A stretch of DNA of 64,000 nucleotides from an uncultured candidatus Porisulfidus sp. (GCA_965116025.1 OZ220480.1:672001-736000), one strand, 5' to 3'; positions 32,283-44,717 are shown, numbered from the stretch's first letter. The notes: a model not told the origin generated them from the letters alone. Numbers and translations are program-made.

Positions 32283-32895
32283 CCTAAGATCTCCAAGCTA
32301 ACCGAATTCTAACGATTTTGGCCTGTCCGGGATTTTGCGCGCTCGGCGGCGAGGTCAGATCGGGGTGGGAAAGCGCCGACCCGCAGGTTCAGAACGTTTC
32401 GCTCGGGGGACAGAAGCGGTGGATCCGCAGCGATGCCCCCCGCCGCGGAACCACGCCGCCAGCTCCTCCTCAATCCCCAGCAGGCCCGGCTCATGCAGGC
32501 GAACCAGCTCGCGCAGACCCGCGTTGTCCTCCAGCTCGTCCACGTCCGAGACGCATTCGTGATCCAGCCCGTTGAGCGGCAGCAGGGTCAGCGGCGTCTG
32601 CCCGCTGGTCCAGCCTTGCGACGGCTCTGGCAGGGACCGCGGAAGGTCGCGCAGGACCTGCGCCTGGCCCAGTTCAGCAGCACGAGGACGCCGCCGTCGG
32701 GACTGACGCGGCTCATCTTGTCGTCGCCGGTGACGACGACCGGAGAGGTGAATTCCGACATATAATGGGGCTCCCGGTTGGTTGTCGTTCGTTCACCCAA
32801 TGGGTGCACCGTTCACACTTCGATATCTATCGGATTCCCTCGATAGAATCGGCATCAGCCGGGACCTCTCCTCACTTATAGCTCGGATATCGAGA
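32283..32895 (-). mobile_element. Internally deleted, diverged relative of the IS1380-family element at 55648-57512
   Basis: Both ends align with the intact copy (cctaagatctccaagcta ... tagctcggatatcgag); encodes SPVVVTGDDKMSRVSPDGG and LRELVRLHEPGLLG; most of the transposase is deleted. Confidence 0.9.
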
Positions 32896-33073
32896 AAGGC
32901 GCGACACAATGCGACGAGCGCATCTGCGACCCCGCGCACCGTTGGACGAGCGCATGGATATTCCCCACGATCCGCTCGATTCTTCCTGAAACAGTCGAAA
33001 TTCTCTAAAATCCGTTGCTTTTTGGGACGATCCGTGCTACGTTTGCGTCTGCTAGGCTTAGGTAGGATCCTTG

Positions 33074-34096
33074 ATGGCCCGAAGTGATCTCATCGTCGAC
33101 CTTGTCAAGGCCGGAGTTAGCGGGGACCAGGAGTCCGCCCGCGTGACGGCCGAGGCGATCGCCGCGAACGAACGCGCGAAGAAGCACACCGTCGTCGCGG
33201 AACGAATCGCCCGAGCACTTTCCGCGCCTCCAAAGCCCACGGGACCGGGCTCGTTTAAGCCGGCTAGCTCGCGCGTCCGGAACGGCTCCGGGGGAATCCA
33301 ACGACATCACCCGGAGCGGCCGCTGACCAGCCTGTTTCTCGCGAAGGCCATCCGGAACGCGTGTCACGAACTGATCGAGGAACAGGCGCGCGCTGAAATT
33401 CTGCGTGCCCACGGCCTGGAACCGCGCCATCGCGTCCTGCTTGTCGGCCCACCAGGAAACGGCAAGACCTCCCTTGCGGAGAGTCTCGCGTTCGAAATGG
33501 CTCTCCCGCTATTCGCCGTCCGATACGACGCGGTGGTGACCAGCTATCTGGGCGAAACGGCCCAGAGGCTAAGGCGGCTCTTCGATTATGTGCGGACCGA
33601 ACCATGTGTCTTGTTCTTCGATGAATTTGACGCCCTTGGCAAGGAACGTGGCGACCTTCACGAGACTGGCGAAATCAAGCGGGTCGTGACGACGCTTCTC
33701 CTGCAGCTTGACGACCTTCCCTCCTATTGCGTTCTCGTTGCCGCGACCAATCATCCGGAGTTGCTCGACCGAGCCACATGGAGACGATTTGAAATCAAGC
33801 TTGAGTTGGGGAAACCGACGGAAGATCAGATGACGGAGTATTTCGCGCTCCGGCTCCGGGAGTTCAGGGAGAAATCGGGTTATACGGCCAAGAGATTGCG
33901 TTCAACCGTTTCGCCGAAGAATTTTTCCGAGGCGGAAGATTTTTTTCTCGACCTTCATCGCCGCCACACGCTGGCGCAAGGCAACCTGACTTTCCGGACC
34001 CTGGTGAAGGACCGAGTGAAGGCCAAGAACGACCTGAGCGACCAGCAGGACCAATATTTCACGAATGGCCGATCGGCCGATCCTGCGCCTTCCTGA
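33074..34096 (+). CDS. AAA+ ATPase, IetA-like
   Basis: Walker A GPPGNGKT, SYLGET, Walker B LFFDEFD, AATNH, LDRATWRRF; overlaps the downstream S8 gene. Confidence 0.9.
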   Translation: MARSDLIVDLVKAGVSGDQESARVTAEAIAANERAKKHTVVAERIARALSAPPKPTGPGSFKPASSRVRNGSGGIQRHHPERPLTSLFLAKAIRNACHELIEEQARAEILRAHGLEPRHRVLLVGPPGNGKTSLAESLAFEMALPLFAVRYDAVVTSYLGETAQRLRRLFDYVRTEPCVLFFDEFDALGKERGDLHETGEIKRVVTTLLLQLDDLPSYCVLVAATNHPELLDRATWRRFEIKLELGKPTEDQMTEYFALRLREFREKSGYTAKRLRSTVSPKNFSEAEDFFLDLHRRHTLAQGNLTFRTLVKDRVKAKNDLSDQQDQYFTNGRSADPAPS

Positions 34097-36680
34097 TTCG
34101 CGTCCCGCGCGCAGGATGACGGGAGAGCCAGCTCGGTTCCCTCGCCCTCAAGGCGCTGGGCGCCGCTGGCAAGGAGAGAGATTTCGTCAGGAATTCGAGC
34201 GCCTCGAAGGCATGCTCGCTCGTGACGATGCGGCATTTGAACTGCGACGCGATCCATTTGGCGTCGCGCCCGAACGCGCGCTCGTATTCGTCACAGCGGT
34301 GTCGATCAGCGACTTTGCTCGCGCAGCTCGGTCGGTTGGCTTTGAAGTGCTACTCGAAATTGAACTGGACGATGACTATGATCTGCCGGACGGCTTGATC
34401 GACGACCATCCAGACACCATCTCCCCGACCCTCTATGCGACCATGCCTACCCAGAAAGCCCTCGGCCAGCTCCTTAGGCTTTGGCACAGGTATCAGGAGG
34501 ATCGCGACGCTCAGCGCGGCCACGCTCCCTGGTGGAACCTCTTCGGCATGCTCGCCGAGTTACGTCCTTGGGGACCGGAAGACCGCCTGTCTGCCAGCGG
34601 CCGTGCTGAGCTGGAGAACCGGCTTCCGTTCGACGATGACACCCAAGTCAAGCTGGAGCTTGAACATTGGCCGACGCAAAACTTGGGCAAGCTTGGCCGA
34701 TGGCGACGAGAAACCGAAGCAAAGGTCGCCTCTCTGGGCGGCCGCGTCATCGACCGAAGCACCATTCACGAGGGCAGCTTCACGTACGACGCCATGCTTG
34801 TTGGACTCGCTGCTAGCGCCGTGCGCGCCATGCTCGACAACCCGTCCGCACCGGATGGACTCGCGACACTCGACGGTCTTCAGTTCGTTTTACCTCAAAC
34901 CATCGCGCAGTCTCTGCCCGCGCATTCTCAGCCTTCAGACGTTGATTTGGAAAATATCGAGAATTTTGACCCCGCCAATCCTTTCCGAGTTTTGCTCCTT
35001 GATGGCACGCCGATCGCCGGTCATCGCAGCCTTGATGGTGGCGTTGCCATCGAAGACGTGCACGATTTGGTCGATCGATCCCCAGTCGCCGTCAGGCGCC
35101 ACGCCACCGCGATGGCATCGCTCATTCTGAGGGGCGATCTCGAATCCGACGGGCACCCTGTTCTCGATAGCCGCCTGCTGGCCATTCCTCTGATGGTCGA
35201 CAACGAAGACGGGGCCACCTCTCCGGATGACCGTCTTTTTGTGGACCTCGTTCATACCGCCCTTCAGAGAGCGTTCCGTGGCGACACCCCCCTAGTCCCG
35301 GACGCGTTCGTCGTGAATTTCTCGATTGGTGTTCACGGTTCGCATTTCGCTGGCCGCATCAGTTCACTGGCACGCCTGCTCGATTGGTGGTCGAGCGAGG
35401 CAGGAATCCTTTTTGTCGTCTCTGCCGGCAACGTGCAACAGGATCTTCACATACCTGACATGACCGTAAGCGGATTCGAGAGCTTATCCCTGCCGGAACG
35501 TCGAGAACATGTCCGTGCTGCCCAACGGCGGCACCGTTACGAACGCACGCTCCTAGCACCGAGCGAGGCCCTAAACGTCCTTACGGTCGGCGCCGCATCT
35601 CTCGATCTGAGGCCGGCCTTCATGGCCGTGGCTCCAGGAGTGATCGAGGGGCAAGCCGACGGCGACATCCTTCCTGCTATATCCAGCGCATTGGGCCTCG
35701 GTCCGTTTCGCACCATAAAACCGGATCTAATCGGTATTGGAGGACATCAGGAAGTACAAGCGGTTCCGGCCGGCGATGGTCTGAGACTACGCACCGTTCC
35801 TCGGAGTGTGCGCACCGGATTGACTGTCGCGACGGCCGGCATCGGTGCGTCACCTCAATCTCGCTCCCGAGGAACCAGTTGCGCCGCAGCTCTTGTAACG
35901 AGGTCACTGCTCAATGCAGCCGCCACGCTCACTGAAGAAGGCGGCCCCTACGAAGGCATGGAAATTTCCCGCAACGATCTCGCGTTGCTGACAAGAGCAT
36001 TGGCGATTAACGCCAGCAGGTGGCCCAAAGCCGCGGAGGAACTCTACGTCACCGAAAAGGCAACCCAAAAAAGACGCATCCAGCAAGCCGCAGAAGAAGT
36101 CGCCCGTCACTTCGGATATGGCTTCCTGGATGCCAAACTCATGTGCGAGGCTCCGCTTCACGGAGTGACCCTGATTGGCCTCGGTCGGGTACGAAGAGAT
36201 CGGAGCGCGATTTTCGACATGCCGCTCCCCTCGTCTCTTTCCGGCGATATGGTTCACCGGTCGATGCTGGTGACCTTGGCATGGTTTTCGCCCGTGGAAC
36301 CGGCGCGAGCCAAGTATCGCCTAGCTGCCTTGGAAGCCATTGCCGCAGACGGTGATACGCTTGAAGACGATGCCGAGGACAAACACTGGAACCTCGCGAT
36401 GAAGTCCGCGCCCCCTGCCGTAGCTATCATCAAGAGGGGCACTGCTTGGTCCCGCCGCCTCGTGCACAAACGTGTCCGTGCCCCAGACTATGACGATGAA
36501 GCAACGCTTCCGATCCGAGTTCAATGTCGAGATGCCTCAGGGGGCGGACTCGACCCCGACTTGGATATCTCATTCGCAATCGCTATCACACTCGAAGTCA
36601 CAGCAACCGCTGAATATGACGTGCGCGAAGAAATCCGCGATCAACTCCTGATCCGACTCCAAGGAGAACAGAGGGCATAG
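34065..36680 (+). CDS. S8 subtilisin-like serine protease, IetS-like
   Basis: LLDG (Asp), HATAMASLI (His), VSAGN, IKPDL, GTSCAA (Ser). Confidence 0.9.
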   Translation: MADRPILRLPDSRPARRMTGEPARFPRPQGAGRRWQGERFRQEFERLEGMLARDDAAFELRRDPFGVAPERALVFVTAVSISDFARAARSVGFEVLLEIELDDDYDLPDGLIDDHPDTISPTLYATMPTQKALGQLLRLWHRYQEDRDAQRGHAPWWNLFGMLAELRPWGPEDRLSASGRAELENRLPFDDDTQVKLELEHWPTQNLGKLGRWRRETEAKVASLGGRVIDRSTIHEGSFTYDAMLVGLAASAVRAMLDNPSAPDGLATLDGLQFVLPQTIAQSLPAHSQPSDVDLENIENFDPANPFRVLLLDGTPIAGHRSLDGGVAIEDVHDLVDRSPVAVRRHATAMASLILRGDLESDGHPVLDSRLLAIPLMVDNEDGATSPDDRLFVDLVHTALQRAFRGDTPLVPDAFVVNFSIGVHGSHFAGRISSLARLLDWWSSEAGILFVVSAGNVQQDLHIPDMTVSGFESLSLPERREHVRAAQRRHRYERTLLAPSEALNVLTVGAASLDLRPAFMAVAPGVIEGQADGDILPAISSALGLGPFRTIKPDLIGIGGHQEVQAVPAGDGLRLRTVPRSVRTGLTVATAGIGASPQSRSRGTSCAAALVTRSLLNAAATLTEEGGPYEGMEISRNDLALLTRALAINASRWPKAAEELYVTEKATQKRRIQQAAEEVARHFGYGFLDAKLMCEAPLHGVTLIGLGRVRRDRSAIFDMPLPSSLSGDMVHRSMLVTLAWFSPVEPARAKYRLAALEAIAADGDTLEDDAEDKHWNLAMKSAPPAVAIIKRGTAWSRRLVHKRVRAPDYDDEATLPIRVQCRDASGGGLDPDLDISFAIAITLEVTATAEYDVREEIRDQLLIRLQGEQRA

Positions 36681-37007
36681 GCTATTCGTATCGTTCTGTC
36701 CCAGAAGTAAGAGATATTTTTATGGGGTGATCCCTGCCAAGAGTTCGCCCATGCCGGGTGCGAATCTGACATGGCGATGCCGGGACCGCTTGGCTGATCC
36801 GGTTTATGCGGTGCGCCTGTTGGGGTAGTCGGCACAGTTATTTTCGTTGGCGGGGGTATCGACACCACCCATGAGGGTTGCCCATGCGCAGTCGAAACAG
36901 CCGGATTTGATGAGGGCGCGGACGGTGAGGACAGCCCGGCCGCCGGCGATGCGCCCCACCCCTAGCTCGCCCTCTCCCGGTGGCGATCCTCTATACTTCG
37001 CTCCGGG

Positions 37008-37841
37008 ATGAAGAGGGAAACGCGCCGATCCGCCGCCGGGTTTCTCCTCGCGTGCGCCACGACCGCCAACGCCATGGAAATCGAGCTGGAAGGCCCACTG
37101 ACCCAAGGTGGCCTGGTTCGGGGCCAAGTCGAGCCTGGCCACGTCGTGACGCTGGACGGGCGAGACGTCGCCACGACGGAGGATGGGCGCTTCGTCATCG
37201 GCTTCGGGCGAGAGCACCCGGCGCGCTCCACCCTGCGGGTGACCGGTCCAAAGTCCACGCTCGAGCGAACCTTAGCGATCCAAGCGCGTGAATACCAGAC
37301 GCAACGCATCGACGGGTTGCCCGGCAAGATGGTGACGCCGGGCCCGGACGAGCTCGCGCGCATCCGGCGCGACCAGGCCGAGGTCCAAGCCGCCCGCGCT
37401 ATCCGCAGCGACCGGCTCGGCTTCCTGCGGCCCTTCCGCTGGCCCGCCACCGGCGTCATCACCGGAGTCTATGGCAGCAACCGGGTCCTGAACGGAACGC
37501 CCCGCGCCCCGCACTACGGGGTCGATATCGCCGCGCCCGCGGGCGCCCCGGTGCGCGCGCCCGCGCCCGGACGAGTCACGCTGGCGCATCCGGACATGTA
37601 CTACACCGGCGCGACCATCATCCTGGACCACGGCTTCGGCGTGTCCTCCACGTTCCTCCACCTGCGCGACATCGACGTCGCGGTCGGCCAAGCCGTGGAC
37701 GCCGGCGAGCGGATCGGTCGGGTCGGGTCCAGCGGGCGCTCCACCGGGCCGCACCTGGACTGGCGGGTGAACTGGCTCGACGTCCGGCTCGACCCCGCCC
37801 TGCTCGCGGGCCCGATGCCCGGAGAGGAGGACCGCAGGTGA
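37008..37841 (+). CDS. M23 family peptidase
   Basis: Signal peptide; HYGVDIAA, DHGFG, STGPHLDW. Confidence 0.9.
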   Translation: MKRETRRSAAGFLLACATTANAMEIELEGPLTQGGLVRGQVEPGHVVTLDGRDVATTEDGRFVIGFGREHPARSTLRVTGPKSTLERTLAIQAREYQTQRIDGLPGKMVTPGPDELARIRRDQAEVQAARAIRSDRLGFLRPFRWPATGVITGVYGSNRVLNGTPRAPHYGVDIAAPAGAPVRAPAPGRVTLAHPDMYYTGATIILDHGFGVSSTFLHLRDIDVAVGQAVDAGERIGRVGSSGRSTGPHLDWRVNWLDVRLDPALLAGPMPGEEDRR

Positions 37842-38323
37842 GGACGGGGCTGGCCGCCGCGCTGCTGGCCTTCGGGCTGGGCCAAGCGCAGGCCGAAAGC
37901 CCGATCGAGCGCGTCGTCGTGCGGAAGTCCGAAGGCGTCCTGCAGCTCATGGCCGGGAGCCGCGCGATCCGCGAGTTCCCCATCTATTTGGGGAAGCGCC
38001 CCGTGGGCCACAAGCGGCGCCAGGGCGACCGGCGCACCCCCGAGGGGCGGTACGTGATCGAGGGGCGCAAGCCGAACAGTCGCTTCTATCGCGCCCTGCG
38101 CATCTCGTACCCGGACGCCGCCGACCGGGCGGCCGCGGCGGCGGCCGGAGCGCCGCCGGGCGGCGACATCATGATCCATGGCATGCCCCCGCTTGAAAAA
38201 CGCAGCTTGCTGCTGTTCGACGGCCGGAACTGGACCGACGGATGCGTCGCGGTCAGCAACCCGCACATGCGGGAGATCTGGGATCTGGTGGATCTGGGCA
38301 CCCCGATAGAAATTCTGCCATAA
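37838..38323 (+). CDS. L,D-transpeptidase (YkuD) family protein
   Basis: GD.RTPEG.Y, ISYP, IMIHG, WTDGCVAV. Confidence 0.9.
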   Translation: MRTGLAAALLAFGLGQAQAESPIERVVVRKSEGVLQLMAGSRAIREFPIYLGKRPVGHKRRQGDRRTPEGRYVIEGRKPNSRFYRALRISYPDAADRAAAAAAGAPPGGDIMIHGMPPLEKRSLLLFDGRNWTDGCVAVSNPHMREIWDLVDLGTPIEILP

Positions 38324-38492
38324 TCAAGCGTTTGCCGGACGGGACGATTGTTTTCCCTGTAAAATCAAATAGATGGAATGGCCCTGCGCGGAAGGGTGAA
38401 AACAATATTTCTGAAATATCCGATACTTCCATCGCCCGGACACGGGTTCGGTATAGTCTCTCACCCCCAATTCTCACAACAACAAAAGAGGG
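38322..38492. promoter_or_regulatory. dnaA upstream region with IHF-consensus site and palindromes (oriC or promoter candidate)
   Basis: AATCAAGCGTTTG (38322-38334) matches WATCAAN4TTR; inverted repeat attgttttc/gaaaacaat; 7-1-7 palindrome atatttc-t-gaaatat. Confidence 0.45.
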
Positions 38493-39836
38493 GTGTTCGT
38501 GTCCGCCATCTGGCAAGACTGCCTTCGATTCCTGGAAGCGGAGCTGACCGAGCAGGACATCAACACGTACGTCCGCCCGCTGCGCGCCCAGGAGTCCCCA
38601 ACCTCCCTTCTGCTCTTGGCGCCCAACATGGTGCTTCTGCAGCAGGTCCGAAACCGCTTCATGGACCGGATCGAGAGCTACGTCCGGTCCTTCGCCCAAC
38701 AAGAGAACCTCAGCGTCGACCTGCGGGTGGGCGCGCCCGCGCCCGAGGCGCCGCGAGCGACCTCCGCGCCGGCGGCTCCCCCTCCTGAGTTCTGCGACGT
38801 CCCGATCCACGCCGACCGCCTGCTGCCAAAATTCACGTTCGACCGGTTCGTGCGCGGCGAATCCAACGCGCTGGCGCGCGCGGCGGCGGAGCTCGTCGCT
38901 CGACGGCCCGGCGACGACGACCACAACCCCTACCTGATCTACGGCGGCGTCGGCTTGGGCAAGACCCACCTGATGCAGGCGATCGGGCACGCGCTCCAGG
39001 ACGGCCGGCCCAACGAGCGCGTGGTCTACCTGCACTGCGAGCAGTTCGTCCAGAGCCTGGTCGGCGCGCTGCGGAGCGGCCGGATCGAGACCTTCAAGGC
39101 GTATTACCGCTCCGTCGACACGCTCCTGATCGACGATATCCAGTTCCTGGCCGGCAAGGAGCGCTCGCAGGACGAGTTCCTGCACACCTTCAACGCGCTG
39201 ACCGGACGACAGCGGCAGATCGTCGTCACCTGCGACCGCTATCCCAAGGAAATCAAGGGCATGGAGGACCGGCTGAAATCGCGCCTGGGCGGTGGCATGC
39301 ACTGCGCGATCGACCCGCCCGACGCGGAGACGCGCGCCGCGATCCTGCTCAGCAAGGCCTCGCACCGCGGCATCGATCTGCCCGCGGACGTCGCCCGGTT
39401 CATCGCCGAGCGCGCGGACGGCAGCGTGCGCGAGCTCGAGAGCGCGCTCGCGCGCGTGATCATGCAGGCGACCCTGGAGGAGCGGGAAATCGACGCGGGC
39501 TTCGCCCGTCGCTGCCTGCGCGACGTCGCCCCCGCCCGCGACCGCCCGCTCAACGCCGACCAGATCAAGGCCGCGGTCGCCGCGTACTACGACGTGACCC
39601 GGGAGGACCTGGACTCCCAGCGTCGACCCAAGGCCATCGCCCTGGCCCGGCAGATGGCCATGAAGCTCGCGCACGAGCTGACCGAGATGAGCTTGGCCAG
39701 CATCGGCGAATCCTTCGGCGGGCGGGACCACTCCACCGTGCTGTACGCCTGCCAGAAAATACGGAAGCTGCTGGACGACCACGACGAGAGGACCGGGGTC
39801 GACTACCGGAACCTCAAGCGGACGCTGCTCGGATGA
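38493..39836 (+). CDS. dnaA: Chromosomal replication initiator DnaA
   Basis: FTFDRFV.G.SN, GGVGLGKTHL, LLIDDIQF, VRELES, GGRDHSTV; start may be GTG at 38499. Confidence 0.98.
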   Translation: MFVSAIWQDCLRFLEAELTEQDINTYVRPLRAQESPTSLLLLAPNMVLLQQVRNRFMDRIESYVRSFAQQENLSVDLRVGAPAPEAPRATSAPAAPPPEFCDVPIHADRLLPKFTFDRFVRGESNALARAAAELVARRPGDDDHNPYLIYGGVGLGKTHLMQAIGHALQDGRPNERVVYLHCEQFVQSLVGALRSGRIETFKAYYRSVDTLLIDDIQFLAGKERSQDEFLHTFNALTGRQRQIVVTCDRYPKEIKGMEDRLKSRLGGGMHCAIDPPDAETRAAILLSKASHRGIDLPADVARFIAERADGSVRELESALARVIMQATLEEREIDAGFARRCLRDVAPARDRPLNADQIKAAVAAYYDVTREDLDSQRRPKAIALARQMAMKLAHELTEMSLASIGESFGGRDHSTVLYACQKIRKLLDDHDERTGVDYRNLKRTLLG

Positions 39837-39845
39837 GCTGGAGCG

Positions 39846-39989
39846 CGTGGATGACTCGCGAACAACTTCTGGATAACCGCGAGACGCCGGAGGAAAGATT
39901 TCTCTCTCGACCGGGATTCCCCGAATTCTCCACAGGAAGGCGGTCGTATAATAGGACGATGGCGCTTGCCTCGACCCCGCTTTCCCACA
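39846..39989. promoter_or_regulatory. Cluster of degenerate DnaA boxes in the dnaA-dnaN spacer (oriC candidate)
   Basis: cgtggatga 39846, tctggataa 39868, ttctccaca 39926, tttcccaca 39981; 1-2 mismatches to TTATCCACA or its complement. Confidence 0.5.
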
Positions 39990-40025
39990 GCCCCGCCCCG
40001 CCTTAACAACAACAAATTTAAAATC

Positions 40026-41183
40026 ATGAAATTCATTATTGAACAGCGAACGCTGGTGGATCCGCTCCGAAAGCTCGCGAGCACGGCCCCGGACGTCGCC
40101 TCATTGAGTTCCACCGCCGCGGGCTCCGACGCGGTCAACGCCGTTTCCAGCATCCTGATCGAGCCGCGCGAGAACGGCGTCCGGTTCACCGCCACCGATA
40201 ACACCCTGCGGCTGGCGTTCCAGGTCCCGGTGGAAGGAGAGGATCTGAAGCCCTGCACCGTGCCGGCCTCGACGCTGCTGCACATATGCTCCCGGTTTCC
40301 GGCGGATGCCGAGATCCGTTTCGAGCTCCAGGAGGACGGCAAGGCGATGAGCCTCTCGCACGGGCGAAGCCGGTACAAGCTGGTCGTCGTGGACGCGGAC
40401 GAGTTCCCGGGCATAGTGGCCCAGGAAGACGAGCACGAACTGTCCCTGCCGGAAGGCTCTTTGCTGTCCCAGCTGGCCAGCGTCCGGTACGCGATGGCCC
40501 AGAACGACATGCGCTACTATCTGCTTGGGGCCCTGCTGGACGTCACGCCAGACTCGGTGACCGCGGTGGCGACCGACGGGCACCGCATGGCCTTGGCCGA
40601 GCGCGCGCGGAGCACGGGCCTCGAGTCCCCGGTTCAGCTGATCATCCCGAGCAAGGGGGTCGAGGAGCTGGTCAAGATCCTCACCGACGGGGAACAGGAC
40701 GTAGTCCTGCATCTGGCGGGAAACCATCTTCGGCTGGACTTGCCGGGCGACCGTTGCGCCTTCCACAGCATGCTGGTGGACGGGAAATACCCGGATTACC
40801 GCGCGGTGGCGCCGGCGCGCAGGAACTTCAAGGCCAAGGTCGGGCGAGAGGCCCTGATCCGGGCGGCCGAGCGGATCACCCCGGTCGCCGACGAGCTGAC
40901 GCAGGCGGTCACGCTGAGCCTCGCGTCGGGCGAGAGCCTGGAGGTCAGCGCCAAGAACAACAAGGGCGATGTCGGGGAGGAGCGGATCGAGATGGAATTC
41001 TCGCGCGACGAGGAATCCGACGCGGAACCGAAAATTTCCATAAATATCAAATATTTGCTCGATTCCCTCAACGCCATCGACGACGACGGGGTCGTGCTCT
41101 CCGTCGACGACGGGAACGAGAGCATGCTGATCGAGCCGGCGGAGGGAGGCAGCAAGCACATCATCATGCCTATGAAGGCCTGA
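40026..41183 (+). CDS. dnaN: DNA polymerase III beta clamp
   Basis: ATD, MA.ND.RYYL.G, VATDGHRMA, GKYPDY, IIMPM; synteny. Confidence 0.96.
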   Translation: MKFIIEQRTLVDPLRKLASTAPDVASLSSTAAGSDAVNAVSSILIEPRENGVRFTATDNTLRLAFQVPVEGEDLKPCTVPASTLLHICSRFPADAEIRFELQEDGKAMSLSHGRSRYKLVVVDADEFPGIVAQEDEHELSLPEGSLLSQLASVRYAMAQNDMRYYLLGALLDVTPDSVTAVATDGHRMALAERARSTGLESPVQLIIPSKGVEELVKILTDGEQDVVLHLAGNHLRLDLPGDRCAFHSMLVDGKYPDYRAVAPARRNFKAKVGREALIRAAERITPVADELTQAVTLSLASGESLEVSAKNNKGDVGEERIEMEFSRDEESDAEPKISINIKYLLDSLNAIDDDGVVLSVDDGNESMLIEPAEGGSKHIIMPMKA

Positions 41184-41189
41184 TCTCCC

Positions 41190-42266
41190 GTGCGGCTCGT
41201 CCGCCTGGAGATCCGGAACCTTCGCCTCCTGCGCTCCGTCCCCGACCTTTCGCCACATCCCAGAATCAACCTGATCACCGGGCCCAACGCCGCCGGCAAG
41301 ACGACGTTCCTGGAGGCCATCGACCTGCTGGCTCGGGGGCGGAGCTTCCGGTCTCAGTCTCCCGGGGAGCTGGTGACGCGAGGAGAGCGCGAGTATCTTT
41401 TGCGCGGGCGGGTCGTTTCGGGAGACGCCGGGGAGGGCGGCGTCCCGTTCACCCTGAGCCAGCGAAGGGCTGGCGACGCGCTGGATATTCGGCGCGACGG
41501 GGAACCGATCAAGGGACTTTCCGGCCTCGCCCCGATGCTGGCGGTCCAGGCGATCCACCCGGACAGCCACGCCTTGGCGCATGGGCCTCCGGGCCGAAGG
41601 CGAGCGTGGCTCGACTGGGGGGTGTTCCATGTGGAACCTCGGTATCGCCGGGTTTGGTCCTCCTACCGGCGCGCCCTGAAGCAACGCAACGCCGCGCTGA
41701 GGGCGCGCGGGCAGAACCCCGAGCTTTGGGACCCGACGCTGGCCGAGACCGGGGAGGAGCTGACATCCCTGCGGCACCGATACCTGGACGAGATCCGGGA
41801 TCCTCTGGATGGGTTCGCGCGCATATTGTTTCCTGGAGTGGAGCTGGAGGTCGGATTTCTTCCTGGATACGACGAGGACGCGGGACTCGCGGCGGCCCTG
41901 TCCGCGGGACTTCGAGCGAGCCGGGAGTCCGGGCGAACCTCCGCCGGCCCCCATCGGGCGGACTTGAGACTGGAGCTGGACGGAATGCCGGCGACCAGAA
42001 TCGCGTCCCGGGGACAGTCGAAGCTGCTGTCCTGCTGCCTGTCGCTGGCGCAGGCCGAGCTGTTCCAGGAACTGCGCGGAGAGAGCTGCGTGCTGCTGTT
42101 CGACGACTTGTCCGCGGAACTGGACGAGACGGGGGTCGAGCGGCTTCAGGAGGCCCTCTCTGGATGCGACGCGCAACTGTTCGCCACCCGGGTCCAGGGC
42201 GCGCCTTTGGAGGCGTTCCCGGAGTCCGCGGGGCGAACGTTCCATGTGGAACATGGGGTCTTCTCG

Positions 42267-42284
<18 letters not shown>
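41190..42284 (+). CDS. recF: DNA replication and repair protein RecF
   Basis: GPNAAGKT, LKQRNAAL, GPHRADL, SRGQ.K, LFDDLSAELD. Confidence 0.97.
41623..41638. promoter_or_regulatory. parS-like site 1 (within recF)
   Basis: TGTTCCATGTGGAACC, close to the parS palindrome TGTTCCACGTGGAACA. Confidence 0.75.
42238..42253. promoter_or_regulatory. parS-like site 2 (within recF)
   Basis: CGTTCCATGTGGAACA. Confidence 0.75.

Positions 42285-44717
<2,433 letters not shown>

Noticed and set aside
36681-36960. Minus-strand peptide RALIKSGCFD resembling a DnaE motif at the IetAS right boundary
   Set aside because: About 10 residues only, with no supporting flanking similarity.
32141-36960. tRNA-anchored integrative element carrying IetAS
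   Set aside because: The cargo lies 5' of the tRNA; no integrase and no duplicated tRNA 3' end seen.
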